A stretch of 62,356 bases of DNA, counting the filler, from Sanchytrium tribonematis (lineage: Eukaryota), in NCBI GenBank assembly GCA_018985235.1. It is 4 parts of 4 records of this genome, joined end to end, with 100 filler letters (N's around TTAATTAATTAA, not from the genome) between each part and the next. Parts side by side here need not be neighbours in the genome. Positions count along the whole stretch, not along the records: positions 31,301 to 46,791 come from JADGIG010000149.1; 3 more parts are not named here. One strand, 5' to 3'. The translations under genes were made by a program, and so were the position numbers. Position 1 is the first letter of the stretch, and every line of letters starts with the position of its first letter. This document shows positions 34,994-46,791 of this stretch, piece after piece. A model generated the notes under the pieces. The model saw only the letters and a list, made by a program, of their open reading frames with translations, was not told where the DNA came from and did no database searches.

Positions 34994-36562
34994 TCAAAAT
35001 TCAAGAATTTGTTTTAATTCGCCATTGATATTGGCATCAGCAGAGATCATTGTATGTACCAATTCTTTGTCTTTTCCTACCACAACAAATGCTAGATCCC
35101 ATAGTACTTCGACGTTTTTGGTTTTGTTGTAAAATTCGCAAAGAATGCTAGTCATTTCCATGACAAACATATCTTCAGACTCAAATAAATACTTTTGATT
35201 CTGTATGCCTTTTAAACCTCTTCTTTTTCCAATCCATACTGATATATTGTGTAAAAGCTCTTTAATAAGCGGACAATCAAGAGCGTCGGGAAGAAATTCC
35301 ATCAAAGCATTTCGCAAAGTTGGATATAAAAGGCTGTTTGGATGATTTATCATATTCACCAAAACCCGCATTCCGCAAAGAATAGTTGCAGTGTATTGAG
35401 AATCCTTTAGCCTGATAATTGCATGAATTTCTTCAACAGTTTTTGTTAGTAATGAAGTGAAAGGAATGCTTGAATCAGAAAGCAGCTTGTACCTCAAATT
35501 ATCAAACACGAGATACCATTGACTTTTTTCCACATTGAGTGCACTCTCATAGGATTTAGGAGTACCCAGAGAAAGATTCAATGTTTTCAACTTCTCAAGA
35601 TTTTTAGATTGATTAAAAGGTACAATATAATTGTATTCACACATTCCAACCAAATTTGGGAAAAGAGTGGGGTTGTAGACCTTGTCCCAAAGTGCCTTTA
35701 ATTTTGGGATATCGGCACCCTGGATTGTCTGAATAATTTTACCGTTTTTCTCATAGATGATAGTCGGAATCGCCGAAATTTGATACTTGGATGCTATGGC
35801 ACGGCAAGTACTAGTATTGATAAGTATGCCTGGAACAATTGATGGAGGGTTTAATATGTTATTTGGGGCTGGTGGAAACTGCTCAGCAGCTTCCTTAAAA
35901 TGCGGCTTAATGAGCTGACACGGGGCACAGCTCTCACCAAAAAAGAACAAGACACGTTCATGGGATCCAATATCTTGAAATTCGGCGTCATTTTTTAAAA
36001 TGACCATTTTGGGAGTCCAATCTATAAACGACTTTGACTCTTCGTCACTGACTGAGTTTTGTACTTGTTTTTCTGATGAAGCCGATGATTCTTGTAACAG
36101 ACCAATTTGGTCATATTGACTACCCGAAAACATTTGAGATATCATTGGTTGAAGCATTTGTCCCATTGGAGTTGACAAAAATTCACTTGGAAGATTGATG
36201 ATGCGCTCGGGTATGCTCTTTCCAAGTAAGAAATGACAACATTCATTTGTAAAGGTATTGCAATTAAAATTAAGCAAATGATAATTTTCAGCAGTAAACT
36301 TTGAATTGAGCTCTTGAATAAATTCTTTAAAAGTCTCAAAATCAATTTGCGTCTCACCCATATTAATTTCCTCAATCGGGTGTCCATGGGGTGTTTTCTT
36401 AATCTGAGAAGTGCAGATGCCTTGGCCGTAATATACTTCCATATTAAAAATTACAATAGAGGTGTGATATATAGCATCTATTTGTTTCCCAATAATCTGT
36501 GACGAAAGAGACTTTGCCATTCCATGAGACAAGTCGTACACATAAAGATAGACAGAAGTCAT
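34994..36562 (-). CDS. PPPDE/DeSI desumoylating isopeptidase + thioredoxin-like + PUL-like domains
   Basis: VYLYVYDLS.G, YHTSIV (catalytic His), YHLLNFNCNTFT (catalytic Cys), CAPC, ISAIPT. ATG at 36562. Confidence 0.9.
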   Translation of the reverse strand: MTSVYLYVYDLSHGMAKSLSSQIIGKQIDAIYHTSIVIFNMEVYYGQGICTSQIKKTPHGHPIEEINMGETQIDFETFKEFIQELNSKFTAENYHLLNFNCNTFTNECCHFLLGKSIPERIINLPSEFLSTPMGQMLQPMISQMFSGSQYDQIGLLQESSASSEKQVQNSVSDEESKSFIDWTPKMVILKNDAEFQDIGSHERVLFFFGESCAPCQLIKPHFKEAAEQFPPAPNNILNPPSIVPGILINTSTCRAIASKYQISAIPTIIYEKNGKIIQTIQGADIPKLKALWDKVYNPTLFPNLVGMCEYNYIVPFNQSKNLEKLKTLNLSLGTPKSYESALNVEKSQWYLVFDNLRYKLLSDSSIPFTSLLTKTVEEIHAIIRLKDSQYTATILCGMRVLVNMINHPNSLLYPTLRNALMEFLPDALDCPLIKELLHNISVWIGKRRGLKGIQNQKYLFESEDMFVMEMTSILCEFYNKTKNVEVLWDLAFVVVGKDKELVHTMISADANINGELKQILEF

Positions 36563-36745
36563 TTCAAACAACCTCCTTGTTCATTATTGAATGTAACCAT
36601 AGAATCTACCAGAATTTTTTTATCTTCACAATTCAATCTAATTTTAAATCAATACTCTACACCACGCTGCGTGAATTACTAAACTGGAAGCCACCTTAAT
36701 ATTAGAATTTAATTTAAAATTGATCACTGAATTTTCAGTACAATA

Positions 36746-38041
36746 TCATTGTAAGCGGGTAATTTGTTCGCTATACTCACTGTCAGATTCAGAACCACTT
36801 TCTGTACCTTCAAAGCTGCAGAGTTCATCGGAAGGAATTGATTGTACATATTCCGAGTCTGAATTTTCAACAATATTATCTAGATGCTCAATCAAAATTT
36901 CATTTATAGTTTGTGACTCTTCCACAACCACAGGAACAAAAGCCGTCAATTGTTCAAATTTTGACAAAGGAACGAAAACAGGATGGTTTCTGATCCCAAT
37001 GGCATTCTCAATTTCCATTGCAATGGGTTTATCGATGGCTATTTCCATTCTATTGTCGATCTCCACTTCCATTTTAAAGTCCATGTCAATTTCTCTTTTA
37101 TAGTCGAGAACCATTGGGTCCCAGGTCTGAATAAAAGAAGAAGCACAGCCTCCCACTGGTCCATCTAGAACCATATAATCGACAGACTCAGTCGAATTTA
37201 GGATACTGCATGAAAGTGGAGGGTCATCTATATCCATTGGTTCACTACAATCCATTGGATCTACCCAGTATGATAGATCAAGTGAATCTAGATATTGAAT
37301 GTTATGTATTGAGTTTAAATTGGAATCATTCCTGTCTGGATTTTGTAACAAGTTTTGAGAAACAGATGATTGAGCTTGGTTCACTAGTATTTGACTGGTC
37401 TGCTTATATTCTGAGACAGAAGATGAAGTATCGCTTAAAATTTCGCTTGAGATTGATTCATCAGTAGTGGACTCTATTTCATCCAAAAAGTTTGCAGGAG
37501 CTGCTTCTCTTTCGATTACACGATTTTCATTTTTAAATTTTTCTAAAATAGATTCTGCATGTTTCTCGTCAAGACGTTTTGGCTCCAAATCTGCTATAAT
37601 CGTTGGCAATGTCATATCCGGCTGTACAGTTACTGCTGAATCTGTTTTTATTAGCTCCTTTACTAATAGTTTATATTGCACATCCAGTTCCTGCTTAGAT
37701 TTAGTATGTAAGCGAGGTGTTCTGCTTCTTTTTTTATATTTATCTACAGAAACTAAAAGTATAGTTGCTTTCATTTTCAAGGTCTCTTTTTTAATATGGG
37801 CTAGTTTGTCTGTTGCCTCTTTTTCATTCGCTTTTTTCTTTTTATTTGCAATAAAGTCATGATTATAGAGTCTCTTTTGCGATGTGGTCAAATTTTGCAA
37901 AATTGGCTCTTCATTTACCAAATGCAAAGTGTTTCCAAATAGAAAGATGACAAAATTTGTCAAGCTATTCAAAATAGCATGTAGTAGTGCAAATACTGCA
38001 ATTTCCAAGTATTGAGAAAGGGAAAAGATATTAAATGCCAT
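36746..38041 (-). CDS. Hypothetical protein: hydrophobic N-terminus, basic coiled segment, acidic low-complexity C-half
   Basis: 431-aa ORF with ATG start; no family recognised. Confidence 0.6.
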   Translation of the reverse strand: MAFNIFSLSQYLEIAVFALLHAILNSLTNFVIFLFGNTLHLVNEEPILQNLTTSQKRLYNHDFIANKKKKANEKEATDKLAHIKKETLKMKATILLVSVDKYKKRSRTPRLHTKSKQELDVQYKLLVKELIKTDSAVTVQPDMTLPTIIADLEPKRLDEKHAESILEKFKNENRVIEREAAPANFLDEIESTTDESISSEILSDTSSSVSEYKQTSQILVNQAQSSVSQNLLQNPDRNDSNLNSIHNIQYLDSLDLSYWVDPMDCSEPMDIDDPPLSCSILNSTESVDYMVLDGPVGGCASSFIQTWDPMVLDYKREIDMDFKMEVEIDNRMEIAIDKPIAMEIENAIGIRNHPVFVPLSKFEQLTAFVPVVVEESQTINEILIEHLDNIVENSDSEYVQSIPSDELCSFEGTESGSESDSEYSEQITRLQ

Positions 38042-38229
38042 GGCCTTTTTTTATGAGCAAGCCACATCTGAATTTTAAGGCAACAAATTCGCATATTAGC
38101 GACAACATCGCTTTAACACATCTGAATATTTTTAATTTAAGATATTATATTTATATCTAAAGAAGAAAATGATCGAAGTAGAATGCAAGAAGTCTATAAT
38201 TCAACTTATTTAAAAAGAACAAAAATGAT

Positions 38230-39568
38230 TTACTTCTTCTTAACTAGTTGCATTAAACCATCAGTTGACATACTTTTGGGTCTCTCGATAGGCATTCCTA
38301 GACCTCTGCTAAGAACCATACCGGCGCAACATCCAATACATCTACTAACACCAAACAAGACTGTGTAATAAGATTGCTCAACAAGTCCGTAATGTCTTAG
38401 TAAAATACCTAAATGAATAAAATCAACCAGAATGAGCGTCTACATTAGGCCATGGATTTTTAGTTTTTCCATGTTCCAATAGCACATCAGGTGCAATAGA
38501 ATAAATTTGAGACGTCAATTTGAATAGTGGGTCATTTGGAAGATGCTCTAACGCAAATTCACGTTGACTCTGATATCTGGGATCCGTCTTTCTTAATACG
38601 GCGTGTCCATAACCAGGAAGAACTTTTCCACTCTTCAAAAGTCCCCAAATGTAATCTTTAACTTGGGAGTCGCTTGGGTTGTCCCCGACTTCGCTCTGCA
38701 TTTGAAGCATAAAATTAAGAACTTCTTGATTAGCAAGACCATGAAGTGGTCCAGCAAGCCCATTCAATGCAGCACTGAATGAATAGTACGGATCAGACAA
38801 TGCAGAGTTTACAAGATGTGAGGCATGTGCAGATACATTTCCACCTTCATGATCACTATGAATCAGCAAGTAAAGATTGAGCAACTTGATGAAATTTGGA
38901 TCTGTGAAACCTAACATGTTAGCATAGTTGACGCTCATGGTGGAATCACTATGCATAGCATGTTTTCCATCCTTGTAAAGATTTCTATAGATTCTGCTAG
39001 CAATGGTGGGACACTTTGCAATTAAATTCAAAGAGTCTTCCAAAGTGTATTCCCAGTAATCACTTTTGTTCATTCCGGTTGCATATTTGCTTGCAAAAAC
39101 AGATTCTGATTGACAAGCTAAAACTGCAATTGAAAATTGAGACATTGGATGTAAACTTGATGGACAACTATCAATTAAATCTTCCACATGCCCAGGGATT
39201 TGCATTCTCTGTCCCAAGTCCTTAGCAAGTTCTTCTACTTGCGGCTTTGTAGGAACTTCATTTGTTAAAAGGAGCCAAAGAACGCTCTCAGGTTGATGTT
39301 CCAAAAGATCATTTTCTTTCAATTTTTGTTGTAATTCGGGAATTGATAAGCCTCTGAATCTAATACCTTCATTTGCATCCAATACAGAAGGTTCCCACAA
39401 CATTGTCTTTAAACCACGTGATCCGGAATAAATGGCGTTGACATTAATTGAACCAATATTTGCTTCACCATGCTGTTGTCTAAATTGTTTGACAGTTTGT
39501 GAGTGCTTTTGCAAATGACTTGAAATGCTAGATTTCAATTGAGAGGTTCTTAAAAGTCTGGAGATCAT
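38230..39568 (-). CDS. CIT1: Mitochondrial citrate synthase; two exons 39568-38428 and 38408-38230
   Basis: [45 protein letters not shown]. After intron removal it continues ILLRHYG...[10 protein letters not shown]...IERPKSMST. Mitochondrial presequence-like N-terminus. Confidence 0.96.
38409..38427 (-). other. 19-nt GT-AG intron (GTTGATTTTATTCATTTAG)
   Basis: Excision is required to recover the conserved citrate synthase C-terminus with no indel. Confidence 0.93.
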
Positions 39569-39738
39569 TTTGATGTTACAAAAAAAATATTGCTTTTGTA
39601 CAACTTATCCACTTTCTTTCCATATGGTAAAATTTGAAGTGTGAAAAAGATAAGCTTCAAACATTTATAGTTGAGTTCAAGTTGCGAAAACTTCAAGGCA
39701 ATGGTACTCCCAGAATGAATTTGTGAAACAGAGAAACA

Positions 39739-40149
39739 ATGGCTAGAAACAAGAAAAACAGAAGCAGACAGCTTGATGAGCTTATTTCATTGGCAGACAA
39801 GCACATGGCTTGTATTAGTGCAGATATGTCAAAAACCTTGAATGACTTTAAATATGTGGAAGCTAGTTTAAGATCTGCCATTCGAAAGACCCATAAAAGA
39901 AATCAAAAAACTGAACCAATGCTTAGAAATGTGGGGGAACATTATCACAGATGCTACAGTGTTGATGCTAAGGCTTTCAAGACCTTATATTCTGAAATGC
40001 AAGTTAAGCAATTGGATTTACATGATCAAGTCAAGAAACAGATCAAAGTCCTGCGAAAAGAAACTGTAAAATCCTTTCCACACTTGTTCAATGAAATTCA
40101 AGTCAAACAAGATCTTATTCGTCACATGAGATTGGATTCAAAGAAATAA
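39739..40149 (+). CDS. Hypothetical basic helical protein
   Basis: 136-aa ATG ORF; stop lies inside AATAAA. Confidence 0.55.
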   Translation: MARNKKNRSRQLDELISLADKHMACISADMSKTLNDFKYVEASLRSAIRKTHKRNQKTEPMLRNVGEHYHRCYSVDAKAFKTLYSEMQVKQLDLHDQVKKQIKVLRKETVKSFPHLFNEIQVKQDLIRHMRLDSKK

Positions 40150-40163
40150 ATGATTCTCCTTGA

Positions 40164-41882
40164 ATGCAAAAGACTCACTCTCTGAATTCTAAACAATCTT
40201 TAATTTTAAATTTGGTCAACAAAGGAGAGTCCGTTTTCTATTCAGGACACGCAGGAACTGGAAAATCGTATCTCTTACGAAAGATTATAGCAAATTTAAG
40301 GCAAACGCATTTTACTGAAGTGGGAGTGACCAGTAGTACTGGCATATCAGCTGTTAATATCGGAGGGACCACATTGCATAGTTATTTTAAAATAGGTACT
40401 GGAGAATCACCTATAGAGGATTTAATCGCTAGGAATAGAAAAAACACGAATTGGTTACACACAAAAGCTTTGATCGTAGACGAAATTAGCATGATTGATG
40501 CGGCTCTGTTTGACAAATTAGAGCAAATGGCAAGAGAATTAAGAAATAATGATGAGCCTTTTGGTGGAATGCAATTGGTATTCGTAGGTGATTTTTATCA
40601 GCTTCCACCAGTCAAAAACGATGCTAGATATTGCTTTGAGGCTGATTCTTGGAAAAGATGTATGAAAAACTCAATTTTGCTCAACACTATTTACCGACAA
40701 ACAAATTCGAAATTTGTCAGCATGTTAAATGAAATTCGTAACAATAAGGCTTCCGATGAAACTATCAAATTATTGCAGCGCCAATCCTCCTTGAACATTT
40801 GTGAAAAAGATGGAATTAAATGCACCAAGTTATATTCTCGAAATAAGCAAGTCGATCAGCTCAATGGGGTAGAGTTGTCCAAACTACCTGGTAAAGAAAG
40901 GACATTCACCGGCGAGCTTAGTGGTGAAAGTAGTTTAAAGAAATTTTTACTTCAAAATTCAAGGGCCCCGCTAAATCTTCCCCTCAAAGTTGGTGCTCAA
41001 GTTATGCTACTAAAGAACATCGACCCTTCAGAAGGGCTGGTCAATGGACTTAAAGGCATTGTCACAGAACTAGAGGATGAGGATCAAGCCCCTTTTGTGA
41101 AATTTGAGAATGGCAGAAACATGTTTGTCAAGGCACAAGACTGGACTATTTCTGATCCTGTTGACAAGAAAAAGACTGCGACATATAGTCAAATCCCTTT
41201 AAATTTAGCATGGGCCTGTACTATTCACAAATCCCAGGGACAGACAATATCAAAATTGGAAGTTGATTGCTCTGGGATTTTTACCTATGGGCAACTCTAT
41301 GTAGCTTTATCAAGAGCCCAGGACTTAAACAATCTAAAAATTATGAATTTTCAAAGAAAACATATCAAAACAGACCCAAGAGTCTCGGAATTTTACAAAA
41401 AAGTCAAAAATAATGAAACTACCGAGACCAACTTTCTGGAAATACATGGTGCCTTGCAAGACTTTGCAGAGGAAAAAATTGAATCACCCAGTCTGAAGAA
41501 GCCAACATTTTTTCAGATGCAAAAGATTAGATTAAGAGAAGAGAGGGAAGCCATGAGCTCAAATTCTCAATCTGTTACTGAAAACAGATCCGATAAATCG
41601 AAACAAATTAAGAAACCTAGAGCCAAGAAAGTTAAATTACAAAGTCAGAATAGAGAAATTATAGATCTGTCTAATATTTCTAAGGTACCAAATGAAAATT
41701 TTAACAATATGGGTACTTCTTATCCTGATGAAATAAGCATCATTAGTAGCCGGCCAGCTAATGGGAAAAGATCTGTTTTAATCCAACATATTAGTCAAAA
41801 ACGAAAGTCAACCTCTGAGTCGCCACAATTGACAAAGAAAATACGTGAATCTGGAGCCCAAATTTATTTAAAGCAAGAATGA
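40164..41882 (+). CDS. PIF1: Pif1-family 5'-3' DNA helicase
   Basis: GHAGTGKS, STGISA, DEISM, GDFYQLPPV, YRQ, LKVGAQVMLLKN, LAWACTIHKSQGQT, YVALSR. Confidence 0.93.
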   Translation: MQKTHSLNSKQSLILNLVNKGESVFYSGHAGTGKSYLLRKIIANLRQTHFTEVGVTSSTGISAVNIGGTTLHSYFKIGTGESPIEDLIARNRKNTNWLHTKALIVDEISMIDAALFDKLEQMARELRNNDEPFGGMQLVFVGDFYQLPPVKNDARYCFEADSWKRCMKNSILLNTIYRQTNSKFVSMLNEIRNNKASDETIKLLQRQSSLNICEKDGIKCTKLYSRNKQVDQLNGVELSKLPGKERTFTGELSGESSLKKFLLQNSRAPLNLPLKVGAQVMLLKNIDPSEGLVNGLKGIVTELEDEDQAPFVKFENGRNMFVKAQDWTISDPVDKKKTATYSQIPLNLAWACTIHKSQGQTISKLEVDCSGIFTYGQLYVALSRAQDLNNLKIMNFQRKHIKTDPRVSEFYKKVKNNETTETNFLEIHGALQDFAEEKIESPSLKKPTFFQMQKIRLREEREAMSSNSQSVTENRSDKSKQIKKPRAKKVKLQSQNREIIDLSNISKVPNENFNNMGTSYPDEISIISSRPANGKRSVLIQHISQKRKSTSESPQLTKKIRESGAQIYLKQE

Positions 41883-44800
41883 TTTTGTTAGTTGAAATTG
41901 CTCCTGCTCGGGCAGTATTTTTCTCATTTTTTCCAAAAATTCGTTAACACTCATGTACTCACTAATACTGCGTCTTTGTGCAACATTTAAGGCATGATCT
42001 TCAGAAATATCAAAGTCCCAAACATCATCATGTCCTAAATAAATAATAATTACCACTTAAATTCGTAATGGTAGCACCTGGAGAAAACGTAATTCTCACA
42101 CTATGCTGATCATTTCTTTCATAAACCTCGATACTAATTTGACTTAAATAATTCATTTCATCAATTGAGCTCCTTGGGACTTTCATTCTCCAACCAGCTA
42201 AATAAATTAAATTAAACAAAGCATGCATGTGACTTTCTTTGGTGACATAGACTCTTGCAAAGCCACCACTGACAGGTAATAGGTTGACCAAAGAAGAAGT
42301 AGATGATGAAGGAGAGATATCTCTAGCATCAGTATTGGCATGTGGTTGTATTAATTCGAATATGTCCCAAACTAATTTGTGTATTAAAGGACCTGCAACT
42401 TGTTGGCCAATTAAAAACTTTTCTTCACTTGTGAGCCCATATTCACTTGGAGCTACGAATGCAAATAATTTTGAAGATTCGCGGTATAACAATCTCACTA
42501 ACCTTTTCGACTCATTTTCATCTGCATTGGTTGATATATCACTCGTCAAGCTGTCCATTCTTTCGTGTACATCCATGCTTTTTCGATGATTTTGATTGTT
42601 TAATAGAATATCATTCATTTTTGTTTTAAAATATTCTTCATATTGTTCATTGGTTATAGCCGTACTAGGAGGAGATTGAGTCATTCTAGAGTTCGTCACT
42701 GGACTGGTTGCTTGGGATGGACAAGAAAAGATGCATTGAAAAAAGGTACGGTTATGAAGAGCATCATAAATTAAACTGTCAAAAAGCTCACTGATTTTAG
42801 AGATGTCTACAGTTTCCTTTTGTGGATCAAATTCTTTAAAAATTCTTTCCCATCTTTCTCGAAAAAATTGAGGGGAATCGCCAGGGCAGCACCAATTTAA
42901 TTGAATCAAATCAATTTCAAGTATTTTAAAATTGGTGACCATATTTTCCTTCAGTCTGGACAAAAGCGACCGAAGAGAGTCTAAGCAACTAGATGGTTTA
43001 TCTAAGAGGCATTTGGGAATAGGAGGAAGAGCATTTCCCTCAATTCTTTTCAAAAAAGCATTTCTAGCTTCTTCGTTCAGTGGCGGAATGTCATTGATAT
43101 AAGCTTGTAGTGCTTTTTTTGACTTGTCCATCAGATCCTTGCCACCAAATGAGTCATCGAGCATATCTCGGTCTACATTTATAAAATTCTCGACATTTTC
43201 ACGTTGCAAAAATGCTTTAGCAAATGTTTTTGCAGTCTGAAGTACTCTGTCTTCAGCAGCGCTATAAATTTTGACATCTTCCAATAAAGTCTTGTTCATA
43301 ACACTGATATCATTTCTAAGCGATTGACCCAATTCTTGAGAATGGTATTCGTTAGCATGAGTAAAATTGCCACCCCACTTCACCACACACTGAACTTTGA
43401 CGACAGTATTTTCGACCATTTGGTGCGCTTTAATTTGCACTTTAGTGCCTTCTAATCCTTTTTTTCGATTTATAACGTCAATCATGTGTTTGATTTTACT
43501 AATTTCGTCTTGGAGTTTGGCAGGGTCATTTGCATCTAAACTGTTTTTGGCCTGGTGAGATGGTCTTTTATTGTGTTCTCGTTTCGGACTCACATTGATA
43601 CTCAAAGGATCAATTTCATCTTGCAAAACCAATTTGAGTTCTTTGGCTTTGTCTTCCAGCTGCTGAAGAGCCTCTTTAGCAGCTTTAACTACTAAATCTA
43701 AACCTTCTTTCTTCTTAATTATAACCTCAGTCTTAACATTGCCCATAATGGCAATTATTTTAGGATGGCGTAAACTGAATTTTGATTTTAATTTGGGTGT
43801 CCGGTCCCCATGCCTGACAATGGTTATATAACCTTTTAATGTCCAAGGAGTTTCTTTAATTAAGTGCGGCTGACGTTTAGCAGCCTTCAAAAATAAAGTT
43901 TTCAAAAATGATGCACATTTGTTGTAGTAGCTCTCATTTCCTTTGACAAATGACCAGCCATTTACATCGATGACATATGAGTCACCGTCTACTCTTAAAA
44001 TATCAAAACCACAGATTCGTTGCCCGAATGTAGCACTGATTCTCTTAGCCATTTCAGCTTCGTCTGGCGAGAGTTGAGTGACATATCTCAATTCTTTTCC
44101 ATCAGGGTTGCGTCGAACAATCCCATCTACAACTGGCGATTTTCTAGTTTCGGCGTGAGCCATATTTTTACCAATTGTATATACTTTAACGTCTACAGAG
44201 TGGTCAACTGTCAAAAATTCCTCGTATATATAAGCTCGATCTGTTCGAACTTCCCACATCTCGGGCACATATTCACTTGACTTATTGCCTATTTTTCTAA
44301 ACAACTTACGGGCTCCACCTCCACTTTTTGAACTAAAATAAATTATTAAATTATGGTCTTCGGAGTCAACGGGTTTCTCAGCAAATGGTTTTCTTAGAAG
44401 ACGACCATTAACCTTTATAGTGTCGTAATCGATTTGCTCGATAGTATTTCCCATTGTACAATGATCTGTATGATAGTTCAACCAATCAATTGTATCTAAA
44501 TCCAATCCTGAATATTTTAAAACACTAGATTTAACCTGCTCACTAACGTCTGGTCCGCCATCTCTGTTAACGATCAGCCTCTTTGGAGTTGATACGCTTT
44601 GGAAATCCAAAATACTTAAAACCAATCGACGGTCCCACAAGACTTTTTGTAGAACAAGATCATTTACCGAAAATGGCTTGACTAAATCAGTATAATTAAT
44701 AACTTTATCAAGAGGAAATCCTGTGCTGAAAAATGATACTAAAAAGTCACAAACGGGCCAATTTGTAATTGGTTCTTCCAAGATAAGTTGTTCACCGAAA

Positions 44801-44904
44801 ATGACAACTTCGAAAGTATCTAGTAAACGTCTCAAAATATTGTTCATAGGCTTAGATCTTGCCTTAGAATCCATGGCACAGACGCCTAATATGTATTTTG
44901 ACAT
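41868..44904 (-). CDS. VIP1: Inositol hexakisphosphate/diphosphoinositol-pentakisphosphate kinase (PPIP5K); two exons 44904-42054 and 42034-41868
   Basis: LGVCAMDSKARSKPM, ETRKSPVVDG, DVNGWSFVKGN (ATP-grasp kinase); RHGDRTPK (histidine phosphatase); TKESH; SPG and final block restored by the intron. Confidence 0.95.
42035..42053 (-). other. 19-nt GT-AG intron (GTAATTATTATTTATTTAG)
   Basis: Excision joins TNLS-G to HDDVWDFDISEDHAL, which resembles the Vip1 C-terminal block. Confidence 0.85.
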
Positions 44905-45053
44905 GGGGATTGTTTCAAAGAGTGGTGATGTTTATTTCTATTTCCGAAATAAATGGCACATGTTAAGAATCTTATCGCTAAAGATGTATGTGAATCAGAC
45001 TAAAGCCTCACTTAAAAAGGTGAAAAAATTCTTTTTTGAAACAACTTCTCAAT

Positions 45054-45686
45054 ATGACGCGATTTGTGTTCCACCTCAACAGTGAGCAGGAACAGGAGTT
45101 AAGCCAGTTGGCCGTAGATGCAGAAAAGGAGGTTTTAAGCTATTTAAATGAGCCAAGAGAAGATATACCACCAAACCTGGCTCAGTTGCTATTGGCAAAG
45201 CACGAACTGATGCATGAAATTCAGGACGACTCGAACGAAAGATTTGAGGTATCTGTTGAAAATTTAAACAAAGGCGTGAATGAACTCAAGGATCTTAAAT
45301 GTCTGGTAGTTCAGATGGCTGGAAATTTTAATTCCAAGCTCGATGGCATGTCTGACAGTTTAAAACGAATTGAAAGCGAAAATCAATGGCTACGCTCTGA
45401 AATTCAAAAGATAAGACACGACAGCTTTTTAATGCGAATAGAATTGTTAAATAGAACTGCAAGTCCTGGAAATTATGTACATTTCAAGCCAATTCTCACA
45501 GCTAGTGGACCCGTGTACTACCAAAACAATAAGAAGATGCTCTTCGAATATTATGTGCAGCTCCCATACATGTTACTTAATGGATACATGGAATTTTATT
45601 GCATACCAGCAATTGATAAAACACAACAAGAAAAACTCAAGGCCCTTAGTGATCATCTTGGGCTTAAAACTTTTTATATGTTTTAA
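45054..45686 (+). CDS. Coiled-coil protein with a Mug135-like C-terminal domain (tentative)
   Basis: Coiled coil followed by YMEFYCIP...KLKALSDHLG. ATG at 45054. Confidence 0.55.
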   Translation: MTRFVFHLNSEQEQELSQLAVDAEKEVLSYLNEPREDIPPNLAQLLLAKHELMHEIQDDSNERFEVSVENLNKGVNELKDLKCLVVQMAGNFNSKLDGMSDSLKRIESENQWLRSEIQKIRHDSFLMRIELLNRTASPGNYVHFKPILTASGPVYYQNNKKMLFEYYVQLPYMLLNGYMEFYCIPAIDKTQQEKLKALSDHLGLKTFYMF

Positions 45687-45850
45687 TAATTAATAAACAA
45701 ATTATACCTTTAGAAGGATTTCTTTCAAGTTAAATCAACTCGGCAAATCTCCTGTTTTGGCTATGCTCATGATCTAGATTCACAGATTTAATTAAAAAAG
45801 TAATTGTCTATAAATGCATATACAAGTCAATTTAAAACTTTGTGAAAGTA

Positions 45851-46762
45851 ATGGACTGGGCTGGCTTGCTAGTTCTTGGATTCATTTTATTTTCATTCGT
45901 TTCTCCAACAACATTGTTGTTAAATTACAAAGAACCATATTTTACATACAGACTGCCTAAATGCCTATTTGTACTTCATTTTTTGACTTCAGGGTTTTTA
46001 CTAACATTAGCTAGACCACACACATTTGGGAAACCATGAAGTTTAAGCAATGGGATAGATATCACTTATTGTTTAGTAATTGAGTACTTGGGAATTATGG
46101 AGATAATTACAACATCGATATTTATACAATACAGAAGTCTCTTGCTTTTCGCTTCAACAATTAGATCTATCTTAAAGAGCAACGATTTTTATTTGTTTTC
46201 TTTTCTTGGCATTCAGAAAAGAATTGAAAAAAATTCGATTTTAAACCGACTGGTTTTAAAAAAATACAAGTTGCCAATAATTTTCGTTTATTTATTAGCC
46301 ATGACCGCGATATGTGCAGCTTTAAATTACTGTGTAAATGGACAATGGATTGGCAATATCGATTATGTGAATGCTGACCGACCTTTTTGTATATATTTTA
46401 AGAATTTAGAATCTGTATTGATATTCTTAGCAACTTATTTCAATGTTGTCAACATGGTTCTATTAGCTTTACTATGGAGCATGAATGATAATTTTGATAT
46501 CTGCAGCGAGACCAAATGGTATTTCATGACTTTTTTGTTTTCATCCATTTTATGTACAGCAATTTACTGCATACCTATAGTGGATGTCATGCACGATATT
46601 ATCTTGAATTGGGTATTAGCGTTTTCTTTGATGTTAAAACAAATCATTCTTTACCATTTTCCAGTTTTTCATTTTTTTTACTTGAGAAAAAATCAAGTTG
46701 TTAATGACATCACTAAAACAATTGAATATGCGTTGACAAATCAGCGAACTTTTGGCGAATGA
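45851..46762 (+). pseudogene. Multi-pass membrane protein, 7TM-RGS-like, interrupted by an in-frame TGA (46037-46039); runs close to the contig end
   Basis: Two same-frame ORFs with about 7 hydrophobic segments, DNFDICSE and FPV motifs, then IEYALTN, which resembles the start of an RGS domain. Confidence 0.45.
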
Positions 46763-46791
46763 TAATTTATTAATAGATTTCCCGACATTTC

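Noticed and set aside
39739..40163. ORF 39739-40149 as a 5' exon of PIF1
   Set aside because: All frames after the nearest AG hit stops before the PIF1 ATG.
40164..41882. PIF1 as part of a Helitron
   Set aside because: No HUH Rep domain or Helitron ends; motifs and context fit a cellular Pif1.
46755..46776. 22-nt GC-AG candidate intron near the end of contig 3
   Set aside because: Non-canonical donor, different length, and too little downstream sequence to test.
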